In this document: positions 29,313 through 40,058 of the stretch, in pieces
Numbering within the stretch: the stretch's first letter is position 1
Layout of the letters: each line of letters opens with the position of its first letter
Source: Candidatus Anderseniibacteriota bacterium
Lineage (GTDB): Bacteria; Patescibacteriota; JAUYIX01
Length of the DNA stretch: 64,000 nucleotides
Assembly: GCA_046350855.1 (NCBI GenBank)
Contig: JAXLZM010000001.1
Span: 89,420-153,419 of the forward strand
Direction of reading: 5' to 3'
Made by a program: the position numbers and the translations under genes
Notes under the pieces: model-generated
Told to the model about the DNA's origin: nothing
Databases searched by the model: none
What the model saw: only the letters and a program-made list of their open reading frames with translations

Positions 29313-30626
29313 CTAGAAGGCTCGCTTAACGCGCGGGGTGTATTCGTGTTCAACCAGCTGGGACTCGAGTTTTTGCAAGGTCTCCAAAATAACCGCGACA
29401 GCAATCAAGAGGCTGGTACCACCAATGCTGATGGTTTGGATATTAAAGGTGGAACGCAGCAAAAATGGCAGAACCGCGACGACCCCCAAGAAAACCGCGC
29501 CGAGCGGGACGATGCGATACAGAACCTTAGAGAGATAGCGCGCGGTGGGTGTCCCAGGACGAATACCGGGGATAAAGCCGCCCTGCTTTTGGATGTTCTC
29601 GGCAATAGATTTAGGCTCAAAAATGATCGAGGTGTAAAAGAAGGTAAAGAGCACAACCAAGACAAAGTAGACGATGGCGTAATACGTCTGGTTATTGATG
29701 AAGTTCACAACCGCGTGGGAGATGTTTTGGACGGTTTGATTATGGACGTTGGCGGTAAAGTTAGCGATCAAGCCTGGAAACAACAAGATCGAGAGAGCAA
29801 AAATGATCGGCACCACACCGGCTTGGTTGATCCGGAGTGGTAAGTGCGTAGCCGCGCCACCCAGAGAGCCGGCCCCGCGCATCTGCCGAGCGTAGCGCAC
29901 CGGAATATTACGCTGGGCTTCTTGGATAAAGACGACCGCCGCAATCACTACGAGAGCCACCGCGATAATACCGAGCAGCGGTCCAAAGTCGGCCTGCTCA
30001 AAGGTTGCACCGGTTTGGCGGATTTGGGTTGGAATACGGGCGGTGATACCGGCAAAGATCAAGAGTGAGATCCCGTTACCCACACCGTACTCGGAGATGA
30101 GTTCGCCCAGCCACATCACGAGTACCGCGCCGGCCACGGCCACGACAAGGATCTCCGCCAGCAGGGCCGGGTTGAGGTTTTGCAAGATGTTGAGCGGTTG
30201 TCCCCCGGTTTGGGCCGAACCACGCGTAAAAATCAAAATGGTGCCGTAGCCCTGGATTACCGCCAGCGGAATCGACAAAATCCGGGTGTACTGGTTGATC
30301 TTGCGCTGACCCGCCTCGCCACCCTCTTTTTGGAGTTCATGCAGCTTGGGAATGATCTGGGTCATGAGCTGTACGATGATCGAAGCCGTAATGTAGGGAC
30401 CGGTTCCGAGGAGCACAATCGAGAGTGAGGAGAGACCACCTCCCGAAAAAATATCGAGCAAACCAACAAACTGGTTGTTGGAGATAAACTCGGCCAGTTT
30501 GGTCGTATCAACCCCCGGGAGTGGGATGTGTGCGAGAAGCCGATAGGCAATCAAAAGCGCAAACGTAATCAGAATTTTTTTGCGAACCTCTTTTGCGCGC
30601 AGAACTTTGAGAAGTTTCTTGAACAT
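29313..30626 (-). CDS. secY: preprotein translocase SecY
   Basis: 437 aa with 10 TM helices. It sits in the conserved position after rplO. Confidence 0.92.
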   Translation of the reverse strand: MFKKLLKVLRAKEVRKKILITFALLIAYRLLAHIPLPGVDTTKLAEFISNNQFVGLLDIFSGGGLSSLSIVLLGTGPYITASIIVQLMTQIIPKLHELQKEGGEAGQRKINQYTRILSIPLAVIQGYGTILIFTRGSAQTGGQPLNILQNLNPALLAEILVVAVAGAVLVMWLGELISEYGVGNGISLLIFAGITARIPTQIRQTGATFEQADFGPLLGIIAVALVVIAAVVFIQEAQRNIPVRYARQMRGAGSLGGAATHLPLRINQAGVVPIIFALSILLFPGLIANFTANVHNQTVQNISHAVVNFINNQTYYAIVYFVLVVLFTFFYTSIIFEPKSIAENIQKQGGFIPGIRPGTPTARYLSKVLYRIVPLGAVFLGVVAVLPFLLRSTFNIQTISIGGTSLLIAVAVILETLQKLESQLVEHEYTPRVKRAF

Positions 30627-30634
30627 GACTTTTG

Positions 30635-31141
30635 CTACTTAGTGGGCGTTACCGGCTTCTTGCTGGCTTCCTTTTTAGGTGCCGGTTTTGCTGGTTTGGG
30701 CAGCACTACTTTTCCGCCAGCTTTTTCGATCTTGGCGATAGCGGATTTAGAAGCAGCGCTCACGTAGATGGTCAGTTTTTTATTGATCTCACCGGCGCCA
30801 AGCAATTTGACCGTGCGTTGGCCCGCAGGGATAAGTCCTTTGGTCACCAGATCGTGCGGCTTAACCGTCTCCCCAGCCGTACAATGCGCGTCGAGCAGGG
30901 TCAGGTTGAGGATAGCGGGTTTAACAAAACGCGAGGTAAAACCGCGCAGTTTGGGAGTCAAACGGTAGAGCGGTGTGTGCCCACCTTCAAAACGTGGGCG
31001 CACTCCCCCGCCTGAGCGAGAATTTTGTCCCTTAGTCCCACGGCCGGCGGTCGTTCCCAGGCCCGAGCCCGTGCCACGACCCAAACGCTTTTTGGCGGTT
31101 CGGCCAGGATTTTGCAAATTGTGTAGACCGTAGGCGCTCAT
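30635..31141 (-). CDS. rplO: 50S ribosomal protein L15 (uL15)
   Basis: KRLGRGTGSGLGTTAGRGTKGQ plus a Lys-rich C-terminal extension. Confidence 0.88.
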   Translation of the reverse strand: MSAYGLHNLQNPGRTAKKRLGRGTGSGLGTTAGRGTKGQNSRSGGGVRPRFEGGHTPLYRLTPKLRGFTSRFVKPAILNLTLLDAHCTAGETVKPHDLVTKGLIPAGQRTVKLLGAGEINKKLTIYVSAASKSAIAKIEKAGGKVVLPKPAKPAPKKEASKKPVTPTK

Positions 31142-31710
31142 GATTTTTTACCGACCCCTTGCTCGACATCTTTTTTGGCACGCTCGGAGTGCGCCTGTTC
31201 ACGCTGAAAGGTCCCTCGCACCGCTACGCCCCTCGTCTCGGAGAGCATCTCTGGAGTACGCAGCTGTCCCAAAGCCTCGATGGTCGCCTTGGCGTTGTTA
31301 GCGGCATTGGATGAACCAAATGTTTTAGAAATAATATTTTTGATCCCCGAGAGCTCGATCACTGGACGAACCGCACCACCCGCGATAATCCCGGTACCGG
31401 GGCGAGCCGGTTTGAGCAAGACGTCCGCTCCACCAAAGTGCACCCGCACCTGGTGCGGAATGGTGTCGTTGACGATTGGAATCTCGACCAAATTTTTGCG
31501 GGCGATGCGTGAGGCTTTTTCGACCGAGTTACTTACGTCGCGACCTTTGGCCATACCAAATCCGACGCGCCCTTTGCGGTCACCTAAGACAACGGCCGCA
31601 CGAAACTTAAAACGCTTACCACCTGCCACGACACGCGCCACGCGTGCCAAATCAACCATCTTGTGGTCAAACTCGCTCTTTGGTTTTCTACCTCGTGGTC
31701 TACGGTCCAT
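31138..31710 (-). CDS. rpsE: 30S ribosomal protein S5 (uS5)
   Basis: Contains VVAGGKRFKF and VVLGDRKGRVGFGMAKG. It is directly adjacent to rplO with no rpmD between. Confidence 0.9.
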   Translation of the reverse strand: MDRRPRGRKPKSEFDHKMVDLARVARVVAGGKRFKFRAAVVLGDRKGRVGFGMAKGRDVSNSVEKASRIARKNLVEIPIVNDTIPHQVRVHFGGADVLLKPARPGTGIIAGGAVRPVIELSGIKNIISKTFGSSNAANNAKATIEALGQLRTPEMLSETRGVAVRGTFQREQAHSERAKKDVEQGVGKKS

Positions 31711-31724
31711 GGCTAGATACTACA

Positions 31725-32078
31725 TTAAAATTTGAGTCCGGCTTTGCGCGCAGCCTCGGCTACCGCAGCAATGCGACCGTGATAGGCACGACCGGCACGG
31801 TCAAAGACAACCTGCTTGATGCCTTTTTTGAGAGCCTGCTCTGCCAACTGTGTAGCGGCAGCGGCGGCCCGTTCGGTCTTAGTTTTCTTTTTGAACTCCT
31901 GGTCACGCACGGCCAAGAGCGTAACGCCTTTGGCGTCGTCGATCAGCTGGAGATACATACCCGTGTTGCTGCGCGAGGCCACCAAACGTGGGCGGCTAGC
32001 CGAACCAACCAAACGTGAGCGAATCCGCCGGACACGCGCCAGACGAGTGTGCTGCTTTTGTGCCGATTTAGAAATCAT
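31725..32078 (-). CDS. rplR: 50S ribosomal protein L18 (uL18)
   Basis: Called from its conserved position and an L18-like basic N-terminus. Confidence 0.85.
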   Translation of the reverse strand: MISKSAQKQHTRLARVRRIRSRLVGSASRPRLVASRSNTGMYLQLIDDAKGVTLLAVRDQEFKKKTKTERAAAAATQLAEQALKKGIKQVVFDRAGRAYHGRIAAVAEAARKAGLKF

Positions 32079-32641
32079 CCGGCACCTCCGGCAGCTTCAC
32101 CCGCAGCTTTTTTACCTTCTTTTTGGCGCACGTACTCACCCAAGTATCGGATCCCCTTACCTTTGTAGGGCTCGGGTGGACGCAAGGCGCGGACGGTAGC
32201 CGCAAAGGTGCCGAGCTGCTCGGCATTGTGTCCTGTCAAAATGATCTGGTTTTTTTGGACCTTAGCTGCGATACCTTCGGGCAAGGGCACCGCTACCTCA
32301 TGGGAGAACCCGAGCTCGAGTTTGAGTAGTTTTCCGGCAACCGCGGCGCGGTAGCCCACGCCGTTGACCTCGAGCGTTTTAGTAAAGCCCGTGGTCGTCC
32401 CCGTCACCATACTGCGAAGCAAAGCGTGCGCCAAACCCCAACGGGCCGCATCACCGTGCGCGGTTTTTTCGACGTGCAGTTCTTTATCTTTAGTAATTTT
32501 GACACCTAAGCCAGCAAAGTTGCGCTGGATCTCACCCTTGGGACCTTTAATGGTGACAAGTCGATCCGCGAGAGTAACCGTGACACCCGCTGGAATTGCG
32601 ATAGGTTTTTTAGCAAGACGAGACATCGCAGTAATTACCAA
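32075..32641 (-). CDS. rplF: 50S ribosomal protein L6 (uL6)
   Basis: 188 aa with two L6 repeats. Confidence 0.88.
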   Translation of the reverse strand: MVITAMSRLAKKPIAIPAGVTVTLADRLVTIKGPKGEIQRNFAGLGVKITKDKELHVEKTAHGDAARWGLAHALLRSMVTGTTTGFTKTLEVNGVGYRAAVAGKLLKLELGFSHEVAVPLPEGIAAKVQKNQIILTGHNAEQLGTFAATVRALRPPEPYKGKGIRYLGEYVRQKEGKKAAGEAAGGAG

Positions 32642-33066
32642 AGAGTGCAGACCACCTCGCCACCAACCTTGCGCTTGCGCGCTTGGCCGTCGGTCAAGAG
32701 ACCTTGCGGAGTCGATAAAATTGCCATACCGAGACCCTGATTGACCCGTGGGATCTGTCGGTTAGACACATAAATACGTTGACCAGGTTTGCTAATGCGT
32801 TTAACGCCGCGCAGGGCGGGCTGGCGGGCTGGAGCAGCCCCGTACTTAAGGGTCAGGACCAGTTCGGCAAAAAGGGCGGCGCCTTTAGCGCCCTTAGCCT
32901 CACTCGGTTTAGCAACTTCGGCCGCCTGTAAAAAGCCGGACTTGACCAAGACCTGGGCCAGAGCGACTTTGAGCTGCGAGCTCGGTAACCGCACCTCGTC
33001 CTTGTGGACGAGGTAGCCGTTACGGATGCGGGTCAGCATATCTGCGATGGGATCAGAGACAGGCAT
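32635..33066 (-). CDS. rpsH: 30S ribosomal protein S8 (uS8)
   Basis: Conserved S8 N-terminus DPIADMLTRIRN. Confidence 0.9.
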   Translation of the reverse strand: MPVSDPIADMLTRIRNGYLVHKDEVRLPSSQLKVALAQVLVKSGFLQAAEVAKPSEAKGAKGAALFAELVLTLKYGAAPARQPALRGVKRISKPGQRIYVSNRQIPRVNQGLGMAILSTPQGLLTDGQARKRKVGGEVVCTLW

Positions 33067-33069
33067 GGC

Positions 33070-33255
33070 TTACCAAGATGCTTTTTTAACGCCGGGCAAT
33101 TTGCCCTCGCTGGCGAGACGACGAAAATCAATGCGACACAGGCCAAACTTACGCATATAGCCTCGTTTACGACCACAGTACCAGCAACGCCGAACCACCC
33201 GAGTGGTGAACTTGGGTTTTTTAGCGGCAGCAATTAAGAGTGATTTACGAGGCAT
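33070..33255 (-). CDS. rpsZ: 30S ribosomal protein S14 type Z (zinc-binding)
   Basis: 61 aa containing [18 protein letters not shown]. Confidence 0.9.
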   Translation of the reverse strand: MPRKSLLIAAAKKPKFTTRVVRRCWYCGRKRGYMRKFGLCRIDFRRLASEGKLPGVKKASW

Positions 33256-33260
33256 AGGTC

Positions 33261-33932
33261 TTAGGCTTTAGGCGGAGCGGCTTGTTCTGTTGCACCAGCG
33301 GCGGCAGTTTTAGCGGCTTTAGCCTTAGCATGAGCGAGCAAGCTAGCACGGTTTGTACCGGCTGTCATCTCCTCGGCCTGCTTGAGATCCGAGGCACTTT
33401 TAGCAAACGGCATGCCCAGTTCGTCAAGGAGGGCGCGGGCTTCTGTATTAGTCTCGGCGGTGGTCGTAATGGTGACTTGGACTCCATGTGTTTTTTCGAC
33501 TTGGTCAAAGGGAACTTCTGGAAAAACGTTTTGCTCTTTGAGTCCGAGCGAATAATTACCATGGCCATCAAAGGATTGGGGGTTGACTCCTCTAAAGTCG
33601 CGCACCCGCGGCAAGGTCACGTTAATGAGCTTGTCTAAAAAGTTTTCCATACGCGCACCACGTAAGGTGACCTGCACACCCACCACTTGGCCTTGGCGCA
33701 ATTTAAATGAGGCGATTGATTTTTTGGCGCGGCGGATGGCGGGTTGCTGGCCGGTAATCTTACGCAAGGTATCAATCACGATCTCACGGGCTTTTTCGTC
33801 ATCGACGCGGCCGGTTCCGACCGAGACGATTACACTCGTCAAACGAGGCACCTGGTGCACGTTGGTATAGCCGAACTTTTTAGTTAAGCTCGGGACGATC
33901 GTTTTGAGATAGCGCTCGTGTAGTCGGGTCAT
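33261..33932 (-). CDS. rplE: 50S ribosomal protein L5 (uL5)
   Basis: 223 aa with an L5 core and an Ala/Lys-rich C-terminal extension. Confidence 0.88.
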   Translation of the reverse strand: MTRLHERYLKTIVPSLTKKFGYTNVHQVPRLTSVIVSVGTGRVDDEKAREIVIDTLRKITGQQPAIRRAKKSIASFKLRQGQVVGVQVTLRGARMENFLDKLINVTLPRVRDFRGVNPQSFDGHGNYSLGLKEQNVFPEVPFDQVEKTHGVQVTITTTAETNTEARALLDELGMPFAKSASDLKQAEEMTAGTNRASLLAHAKAKAAKTAAAGATEQAAPPKA

Positions 33933-33934
33933 GG

Positions 33935-34309
33935 CTAGTTCTTTTTAGCTTTTTGCGCGGGGGCTTTTTTGGTGGCGGCAGCTTTTTGCACGATCGGCTT
34001 TTTACATTTGCGACAGATGCGGATTTTTTTAGCCTGTTCACCCGTGCCCTGCGTCTCAAAACCAACACGAGTGGGCTTGCCACACGACGGACAGAGCAAA
34101 GCCACGTTTGCGATGCTGATCGGGCCGGTGAGCTCGATGCGCTGACCCGACTCCCCTTTGCGTTGGGGCTTGATGTGTCGGTAAATCTTGTTGACACCCT
34201 CGACCACAACCAGTTTTTCCTCAGCAAAGACCTGAGTGACTTTTCCTTTTTTGCCGCGGTACTTACCTGCGCTAACCAGTACCGTATCGTTTTGCATGAT
34301 CTTGAGCAT
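33935..34309 (-). CDS. rplX: 50S ribosomal protein L24 (uL24) with C-terminal zinc-ribbon extension
   Basis: KOW motif VSAGKYRGKKGKV, then CPSCGKP...CRKCKKP and a Lys-rich tail. Confidence 0.85.
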   Translation of the reverse strand: MLKIMQNDTVLVSAGKYRGKKGKVTQVFAEEKLVVVEGVNKIYRHIKPQRKGESGQRIELTGPISIANVALLCPSCGKPTRVGFETQGTGEQAKKIRICRKCKKPIVQKAAATKKAPAQKAKKN

Positions 34310-34311
34310 GG

Positions 34312-34683
34312 CTAGAGTACCTCCGGCGCTAGTGAGATAATGCGCTGATAGCCGCGCTCGCGCAGCTCGCGCGGCACCGGTCCAAAAATACGCGTTCCCC
34401 GAATATCAGTAGTATCTTTAACAATGATCACAGCGGCGTTGTCATCAAAACGGATGTAGCTCCCATCCCCCCGACGAAAATTCTGACGTTGTCGCACGAT
34501 CACGGCATGCACGACTTCCTTCTTTTTGACGACACCATCCGGCAGAGCCTCTTTGACCACGGCCGTAACTTTGTCGCCGATACAAGCATAGCGACGCTTA
34601 GCACCCGCGTGTACACGCATAACCTCCAGCAAGCGTGCGCCGGTGTTGTCCGCTACTTTTACGTTGGAGTAAATCTGAATCAT
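34312..34683 (-). CDS. rplN: 50S ribosomal protein L14 (uL14)
   Basis: Begins [16 protein letters not shown]. Confidence 0.92.
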   Translation of the reverse strand: MIQIYSNVKVADNTGARLLEVMRVHAGAKRRYACIGDKVTAVVKEALPDGVVKKKEVVHAVIVRQRQNFRRGDGSYIRFDDNAAVIIVKDTTDIRGTRIFGPVPRELRERGYQRIISLAPEVL

Positions 34684-34961
34684 ACGACCACCCGCCAGTG
34701 TTTACGTTTAGAGTAGGGCCGGGATTCAATAATGGTGACGGCTTGTCCGACCTGGAGCGGCGCGGCCCCCACCTTGCTCTGCGTACTTACCTGCGCCAAA
34801 AAACGCTTGCTACGACTGTAGCGTTTAAAATATTTGGGGTGACTCAGTAGTTCGGTCACTTCGACCACGGCGGTTTGGGGGCTACTGAGACGCACGATCA
34901 CACCACGCTTGGTGCGCTTAGTCAGTTGAGTTTTGGAGCTGGTTTTTGTAACTGGAGACAT
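34680..34961 (-). CDS. rpsQ: 30S ribosomal protein S17 (uS17)
   Basis: 93 aa with an S17 OB fold, in the conserved position. Confidence 0.88.
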   Translation of the reverse strand: MSPVTKTSSKTQLTKRTKRGVIVRLSSPQTAVVEVTELLSHPKYFKRYSRSKRFLAQVSTQSKVGAAPLQVGQAVTIIESRPYSKRKHWRVVV

Positions 34962-34972
34962 GGCGGTTGAAT

Positions 34973-35170
34973 TTAGCGGGCCTCACCTAAAATGGTTTGG
35001 ACCTTGGCGATCGAGCGACGCAGACTCTTAATCTCATGCATTTTTTTGAGCTGACCCGAGCGTGCCTCAAACTGCTTAGCACGCAATTGCTCGTGCATCT
35101 GGCTCAACAATTTGGTCAGGTCGCTGGCACTGCGTTTGCGCAAGTCAGCCACGGTCAAAATGTTAGCCAT
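34973..35170 (-). CDS. rpmC: 50S ribosomal protein L29 (uL29)
   Basis: 65-aa helical protein between rplP and rpsQ. Confidence 0.85.
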   Translation of the reverse strand: MANILTVADLRKRSASDLTKLLSQMHEQLRAKQFEARSGQLKKMHEIKSLRRSIAKVQTILGEAR

Positions 35171-35576
35171 GACGCACCACCACTTTTGTTTTTACTGGCA
35201 TCTTATGTCGTGCCAATTCCATCGCCTCATGGGCCATTTTTTTGGACAAGCCATCCACCTCAAACAAAATTCGACCTGGTCGAACCACCGCGACAAAATG
35301 ATCCACGCCGCCCTTGCCTTTACCCATCGGGAGTTCTGCCCCCTTAGCGGTAATGGGCTTATCCGGAAAAATCCTGATCCAAACCCGACCGCCACGCTGC
35401 ATCAAACGAGTCATGGCGCGACGTGCGGCCTCGATTTGACGGGCGGTAATCCAAGCGGCCTCGGTGGCCTTGAGTCCGTAGCTGCCAAAGGCGAGCTCGG
35501 TTCCGCGGTGCTCGGGGGTCTCCTGTACAATCCCCACGTGCCATTTACGATGTTTTACTTTTTTGGGCAACAACAT
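35163..35576 (-). CDS. rplP: 50S ribosomal protein L16 (uL16)
   Basis: Begins [13 protein letters not shown]. Confidence 0.92.
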   Translation of the reverse strand: MLLPKKVKHRKWHVGIVQETPEHRGTELAFGSYGLKATEAAWITARQIEAARRAMTRLMQRGGRVWIRIFPDKPITAKGAELPMGKGKGGVDHFVAVVRPGRILFEVDGLSKKMAHEAMELARHKMPVKTKVVVRHG

Positions 35577-35578
35577 GG

Positions 35579-36307
35579 CTAGCTCGTACCTCCCCCTGCT
35601 CGTGCACCCCGCGTCGGGGCGGTCAGCTGACGCTGGCCGGTGACGGTGGGACGAGTAGCGTTTTGTTCAACTTCGCGACCAAAGCGTTTGCCTTTGTAGG
35701 CCCAGACTTTGACGCCAATTGCACCATAGGTAGTACGCGCGGTGACGCGAGCAAAATCAACGTCAGCGCGCAAGGTGTGGAGCGGCACACTGCCCTCGAC
35801 GGCCCACTCGGTACGAGACATGTCTGCCCCGTTGAGACGACCGGACAGAGCGATACGCACACCCTGCAATCCAGCACTACGACCACGCTCAACGGCCGAG
35901 CGCAGAGCCCGACGGAACGGAATACGTTTTTCGATCTGCTCGGCCACGTTGAGACCGATTAGACGCGCGTCACGATCTGGATCGCGCACTTCTTCGATAT
36001 TGAGTTTGACCTGTGGACGACCTTTGACGCGGCGTGCAATTTCTTTGCGCAGTTCCTCCGCCCCAGCACCCCCGCGACCGATAATGACTCCCGGACGACT
36101 GGTGTAAATACTCACGGTAATGCCACGCATCGAGCGGTCGATAGTAATCCGCGAGACAAATGCACTCTTGAGCTTTTTAAGCAGCCAATCGCGCAAGGTC
36201 ACGTCCTCTTGGATCAAGGTTCGGTAGGTGCGTTCGTTAAACCAGCGCGACTGCCAGTCGTAGAGCGTTCCGATTCTAAAGCTGACGGGGTTAACTTTGT
36301 GTCCCAT
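35579..36307 (-). CDS. rpsC: 30S ribosomal protein S3 (uS3)
   Basis: Begins [13 protein letters not shown], with a KH domain and an Arg/Gly tail. Confidence 0.92.
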   Translation of the reverse strand: MGHKVNPVSFRIGTLYDWQSRWFNERTYRTLIQEDVTLRDWLLKKLKSAFVSRITIDRSMRGITVSIYTSRPGVIIGRGGAGAEELRKEIARRVKGRPQVKLNIEEVRDPDRDARLIGLNVAEQIEKRIPFRRALRSAVERGRSAGLQGVRIALSGRLNGADMSRTEWAVEGSVPLHTLRADVDFARVTARTTYGAIGVKVWAYKGKRFGREVEQNATRPTVTGQRQLTAPTRGARAGGGTS

Positions 36308-36309
36308 GG

Positions 36310-36879
36310 CTATTTCATTTTAGTCTGACGGATCACGGACGGACGTTTGGGTTCTGCCTTAGGCGCTGTAGTAGTTGCGGCCTTTGCTGGACGAACCCGG
36401 GCGGCCTGCTTAGTAGAGGTAGCCGATTTAGTGCTGGCGCGCTCCACTAAGACCACATCGATGTGGCTAAAGCGTTTGCGAATCCGATAGGCCCGACCCT
36501 GGGCGCGTGGCATCATGCGCGGCAACTCCATACTCTGACCCACACGGATCGACTCGATCCAGGTTTGTTTGGCATCCATGTCGTAATTGTGGGTGGCGTT
36601 GGCGCGAGCAGACTTAATGGCTTTGTGCACGGCTACCCCTGCGCGCTTTGGCAAGGTAACGAGTAAGGCCTCGGCTTGTAAAACGGGTAACCCTCGCACC
36701 AGCGCGGCGATGCGCTGCACTTTTTGAGGTGCCATGTGAATATAACGGATGTGCGCCTCGGCCTGCTTGCGCGAGTTTAGCTTTACAGAGGTCCGTGCGG
36801 GCACGCCTGCAGCTCGACGAGTCACCAGTGACTTGCCTGCCTTAGCGGGCTTGCGATTTTTGAGGGCGCGGGTTGCCAT
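36310..36879 (-). CDS. rplV: 50S ribosomal protein L22 (uL22) with N- and C-terminal extensions
   Basis: 189 aa, against about 110 aa typically. The L22 core is flanked by basic extensions. Confidence 0.85.
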   Translation of the reverse strand: MATRALKNRKPAKAGKSLVTRRAAGVPARTSVKLNSRKQAEAHIRYIHMAPQKVQRIAALVRGLPVLQAEALLVTLPKRAGVAVHKAIKSARANATHNYDMDAKQTWIESIRVGQSMELPRMMPRAQGRAYRIRKRFSHIDVVLVERASTKSATSTKQAARVRPAKAATTTAPKAEPKRPSVIRQTKMK

Positions 36880-36884
36880 GCTCG

Positions 36885-37271
36885 TTACTTAGCTCCCTTG
36901 GGCTTGGCGGCCGGTTTAGCAACGGGGGTCGCTTTAGTACTGGGGGTGGCACCCGGAGCACCCGCGCCAGGCGTTGCGGCGGGGGCAGCGGCGGCGGCTT
37001 CTTCTTCCTTAGCCATCCGACCACCGTGACGCACAAATTTACGCGTAAAGGAGAACTCACCTAGCTTGTGGCCCACCATCTGTTCGGTCACGTACACGGG
37101 AATGTGCTCGCGTCCGTTGTGCACCCCAAAGGTAAAGCCAACCATCTCTGGCGTAATCGTGGCGCCGCGCTTCCATACCTTAATGACCGTCTTACTTCCG
37201 GAGCCAAGTTTTTTGACCTTGGCGAGCAGCCGTTCATCGATATATGGGCCTTTTTTGAGTGATCTGGACAT
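36885..37271 (-). CDS. rpsS: 30S ribosomal protein S19 (uS19) with Ala/Pro-rich C-terminal extension
   Basis: Begins [19 protein letters not shown]. The extension is [22 protein letters not shown]. Confidence 0.9.
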   Translation of the reverse strand: MSRSLKKGPYIDERLLAKVKKLGSGSKTVIKVWKRGATITPEMVGFTFGVHNGREHIPVYVTEQMVGHKLGEFSFTRKFVRHGGRMAKEEEAAAAAPAATPGAGAPGATPSTKATPVAKPAAKPKGAK

Positions 37272-37314
37272 GGGTGAGACTCTGTACTGTTAGGGTGTCT
37301 TTGTCAAGTATGGA

Positions 37315-38163
37315 TTACGTGCGTTTGAGCTTACCTTTGCGGGGTTTGACGATAAACCGATTGGACTTTTTGTTGGGGTCGCGCGTCTTAACACCCAAGG
37401 CCGGTTTACCCCAGGGGGTTTTAGGATGCTTAAGTCCGATTGGCGAGTGACCTTCGCCTCCACCGTGCGGGTGATCGACCGGGTTCATGTTTTTACCTTT
37501 GACATGCGGACGAACCCCGAGCCAACGCATCCGACCAGCTTTACTCTTGCGCTCGTTGGCGTGATCGATGTTAGAGACCTGCCCGACGGAAGCAAGCGCC
37601 TCTTTATTAAAGAGTCGGATTTCACCCGAGGGCATTTTAATCTGCACCGACTCGCCTTCTTTAGCAGCAATGGTGGCTTGGTTACCGGCGCTACGCGCGA
37701 TTTTGGCGCCTTTACCTGGCTCGAGTTCAATCTGAGAAATAACGATACCGGTTGGAATATGCTTAAGTGGCATACGGTTACCCGGGTTGAGGTCGATCTT
37801 TTTGCGGCTAGAGAGTACGGACTGGCCAGCCGTGAGACCAACAACGGCGTTAATGTAGCGACGCTCACCATCGCCGTAGAGTACTAAAGCGATACGGCTG
37901 GAGCGGTACGGATCGTACTCGATGCGCTCGACCTTGCCGGTCACGTCAAACTTGTCCTGCACAAAATCGACCAAGCGATAGCGGCGTTTGTTGCCGGAAC
38001 CACGGTGATGCATGGTGATTTTACCTTGGTTGTTGCGACCGGCTTGCTCGGCGTGGCCTTCTACTAATTTTTTGTGGGGCTTGCCACGGTGCATACCAGA
38101 GAAATCCGCTCCGTAGAGTTTGCGCTGTCCGTTGCTAACTGGTCGTTGGATCTTAAGGGCCAT
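37315..38163 (-). CDS. rplB: 50S ribosomal protein L2 (uL2)
   Basis: 282 aa containing GRNNQGKITMHHRGSG. Confidence 0.92.
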   Translation of the reverse strand: MALKIQRPVSNGQRKLYGADFSGMHRGKPHKKLVEGHAEQAGRNNQGKITMHHRGSGNKRRYRLVDFVQDKFDVTGKVERIEYDPYRSSRIALVLYGDGERRYINAVVGLTAGQSVLSSRKKIDLNPGNRMPLKHIPTGIVISQIELEPGKGAKIARSAGNQATIAAKEGESVQIKMPSGEIRLFNKEALASVGQVSNIDHANERKSKAGRMRWLGVRPHVKGKNMNPVDHPHGGGEGHSPIGLKHPKTPWGKPALGVKTRDPNKKSNRFIVKPRKGKLKRT

Positions 38164-38168
38164 GGCGA

Positions 38169-38639
38169 TTAGCGTTCTGATTCAAAAAATTCGATGTGTT
38201 CACCCTTAGCCAACGTGACGTAGGCCTTGCGTTGGTCCGCACGGTAGCCCGAGCGCAGCGCAAAGTTTTTGGGTTTGCCATGCGCATTGACCACACTGAC
38301 GTGTTGCGGATGTACGCTATACAAAGCTGCTACTGCTCGAGCAATCTCGATCTTGTTGGCCTTGGGGGTCACCGCAAAAACAAACGTACCCGACTCGGCC
38401 AGACGAGCAGCCTTCTCGGTTACGATCGGCCCGAGTAAAATACCATAGCTGTGGGTCTCGCCGCTCTGAGATTTTTTGCCCCGGGCGGGTGCCTTTTTAG
38501 CAGTCGCCTTGCTGACCACAGCGGTTGTAGCGGCCGGTTTTTGAACCCGGCCAAACAAACCACGCTTAGTCCCGCGGGCCTGCTGCTGCGCATCGCGCTG
38601 CTCTTTTTCTTGCTTTTTACGCTGCCAAAACCAAGCCAT
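38169..38639 (-). CDS. rplW: 50S ribosomal protein L23 (uL23) with N-terminal extension
   Basis: 156 aa with the L23 core at the C-terminus and a basic N-terminal extension. Confidence 0.85.
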   Translation of the reverse strand: MAWFWQRKKQEKEQRDAQQQARGTKRGLFGRVQKPAATTAVVSKATAKKAPARGKKSQSGETHSYGILLGPIVTEKAARLAESGTFVFAVTPKANKIEIARAVAALYSVHPQHVSVVNAHGKPKNFALRSGYRADQRKAYVTLAKGEHIEFFESER

Positions 38640-38641
38640 AG

Positions 38642-39283
38642 TTACTCCTTGCCTCCGTAGGTTTTGGTGACGAGCGCCAAGGCCGCTTTATCGATGACGA
38701 CAGTGGCGTGCGCCATCAAGTCCAAGACGTTGAGGTTAGTCGCAAGCTGCGTTTTAACCCGCGCGATGTTGCGGGCCGAGCGCTCTACGTTGTCACTATG
38801 TTTTGGCAATACCAACAGCATGCCGCGCTTACTGGGCAACTTACCAAGGAGCGTGGCGAGGGGCTTAGTCTTGATGCCCGAGAGTGTGAGTGCATCCAGC
38901 ACGATGACCGCCTCGTTAGTGGCGGCCAAACTCAAGGCACCCACGATCGCCTTGCGACGCTCTTTGCGGTTAATCTTAAGCGTAAAATTACGCTCGTTAC
39001 GCGGTCCAAAAACCACACCACCCTTGCGCCATTGCGGCGAACGAATAGAACCTTGACGAGCACGACCAGTCCCCTTTTGCTTCCATGGTTTACGACCGCC
39101 ACCTCGGCGCTCCGCCCGCGTTTTAGTATGCGCCAAAACCTGGCGGGCGTTGTTGCGCTGGGCCACTGCGGCACGCGTCAGCAACGTGGGCGAGACCGGG
39201 GTACCAAAGATAGCCGAGTCTAACGTAATCGAATCGATTTTTTTGCCGTCCATCGAGTAGACTGGGGCGGTTAGTTTTTTCAT
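38642..39283 (-). CDS. rplD: 50S ribosomal protein L4 (uL4)
   Basis: 213 aa in the conserved position. Confidence 0.9.
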   Translation of the reverse strand: MKKLTAPVYSMDGKKIDSITLDSAIFGTPVSPTLLTRAAVAQRNNARQVLAHTKTRAERRGGGRKPWKQKGTGRARQGSIRSPQWRKGGVVFGPRNERNFTLKINRKERRKAIVGALSLAATNEAVIVLDALTLSGIKTKPLATLLGKLPSKRGMLLVLPKHSDNVERSARNIARVKTQLATNLNVLDLMAHATVVIDKAALALVTKTYGGKE

Positions 39284-40026
39284 TTCTTTTTCTCCTTCTT
39301 GGGAGCTTGAGCGGCGTTCTGTTCAGCCGGAGCAGCACTGGGCAAGGCCTTGCGCTCTTTGAGTGGGTGACGCACGGCCGTCCCGGTTGGGATCAAATAC
39401 ACCCAGCTGCGGACCGCACCCGGTACATTGCCCTTAATCAAAACCGTACGAGTTGCGGCATTAACACTGACCACTTCGAGTTTTTTGAGGGTGGCAGTAG
39501 CATCTCCCATGTGACCAGCCATGCGACGACCGGGCATAACGTGCTGCGGATGGCCTGAGTTGATCGCTCCCGGTGCGCGCAAGTTATCTTTGTGTCCGTG
39601 GCTAGCGGGGCCTCCCTTAAAGTGGTGGCGTTTAACGACTCCCTGGAACCCGCGGCCTTTAGAAGTGCCCTGGACATCGATAGCAGAACCGGCTTCGAGA
39701 CCTTTTACGTCGCTCAGCTTAAGCTCCGCACCTGGTTTAAAGTTTGCGAGTTCTTTTGCCTCCACGCGAACTTCAAACAACGTACGAGCATTAACTCCAC
39801 TGGCCTTGAGATGGCCGAGTTGCGGCATCGCAATGACGCGCTGGGCTTTCTTGGTATCAGCCTCAATCCGGGTACCAATTTGCACGGCAGTATACCCGTC
39901 TCGCTCGGCGGTTTTTACAGCGATGACCCGTGCCTCTGGCACATGGACGATCGTGACCGGCACCGTTGCACCATCGGGTGCAAAGACCTGCGTCATTCCA
40001 ATTTTTTGACCAAGTAGAGTTAGCAT
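39280..40026 (-). CDS. rplC: 50S ribosomal protein L3 (uL3)
   Basis: Begins MLTLLGQKIGMTQVF and carries a C-terminal basic extension. Confidence 0.92.
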   Translation of the reverse strand: MLTLLGQKIGMTQVFAPDGATVPVTIVHVPEARVIAVKTAERDGYTAVQIGTRIEADTKKAQRVIAMPQLGHLKASGVNARTLFEVRVEAKELANFKPGAELKLSDVKGLEAGSAIDVQGTSKGRGFQGVVKRHHFKGGPASHGHKDNLRAPGAINSGHPQHVMPGRRMAGHMGDATATLKKLEVVSVNAATRTVLIKGNVPGAVRSWVYLIPTGTAVRHPLKERKALPSAAPAEQNAAQAPKKEKKK

Positions 40027-40058
40027 ATGCGACTCACCACGCTTTGTGTCGCGTATGC

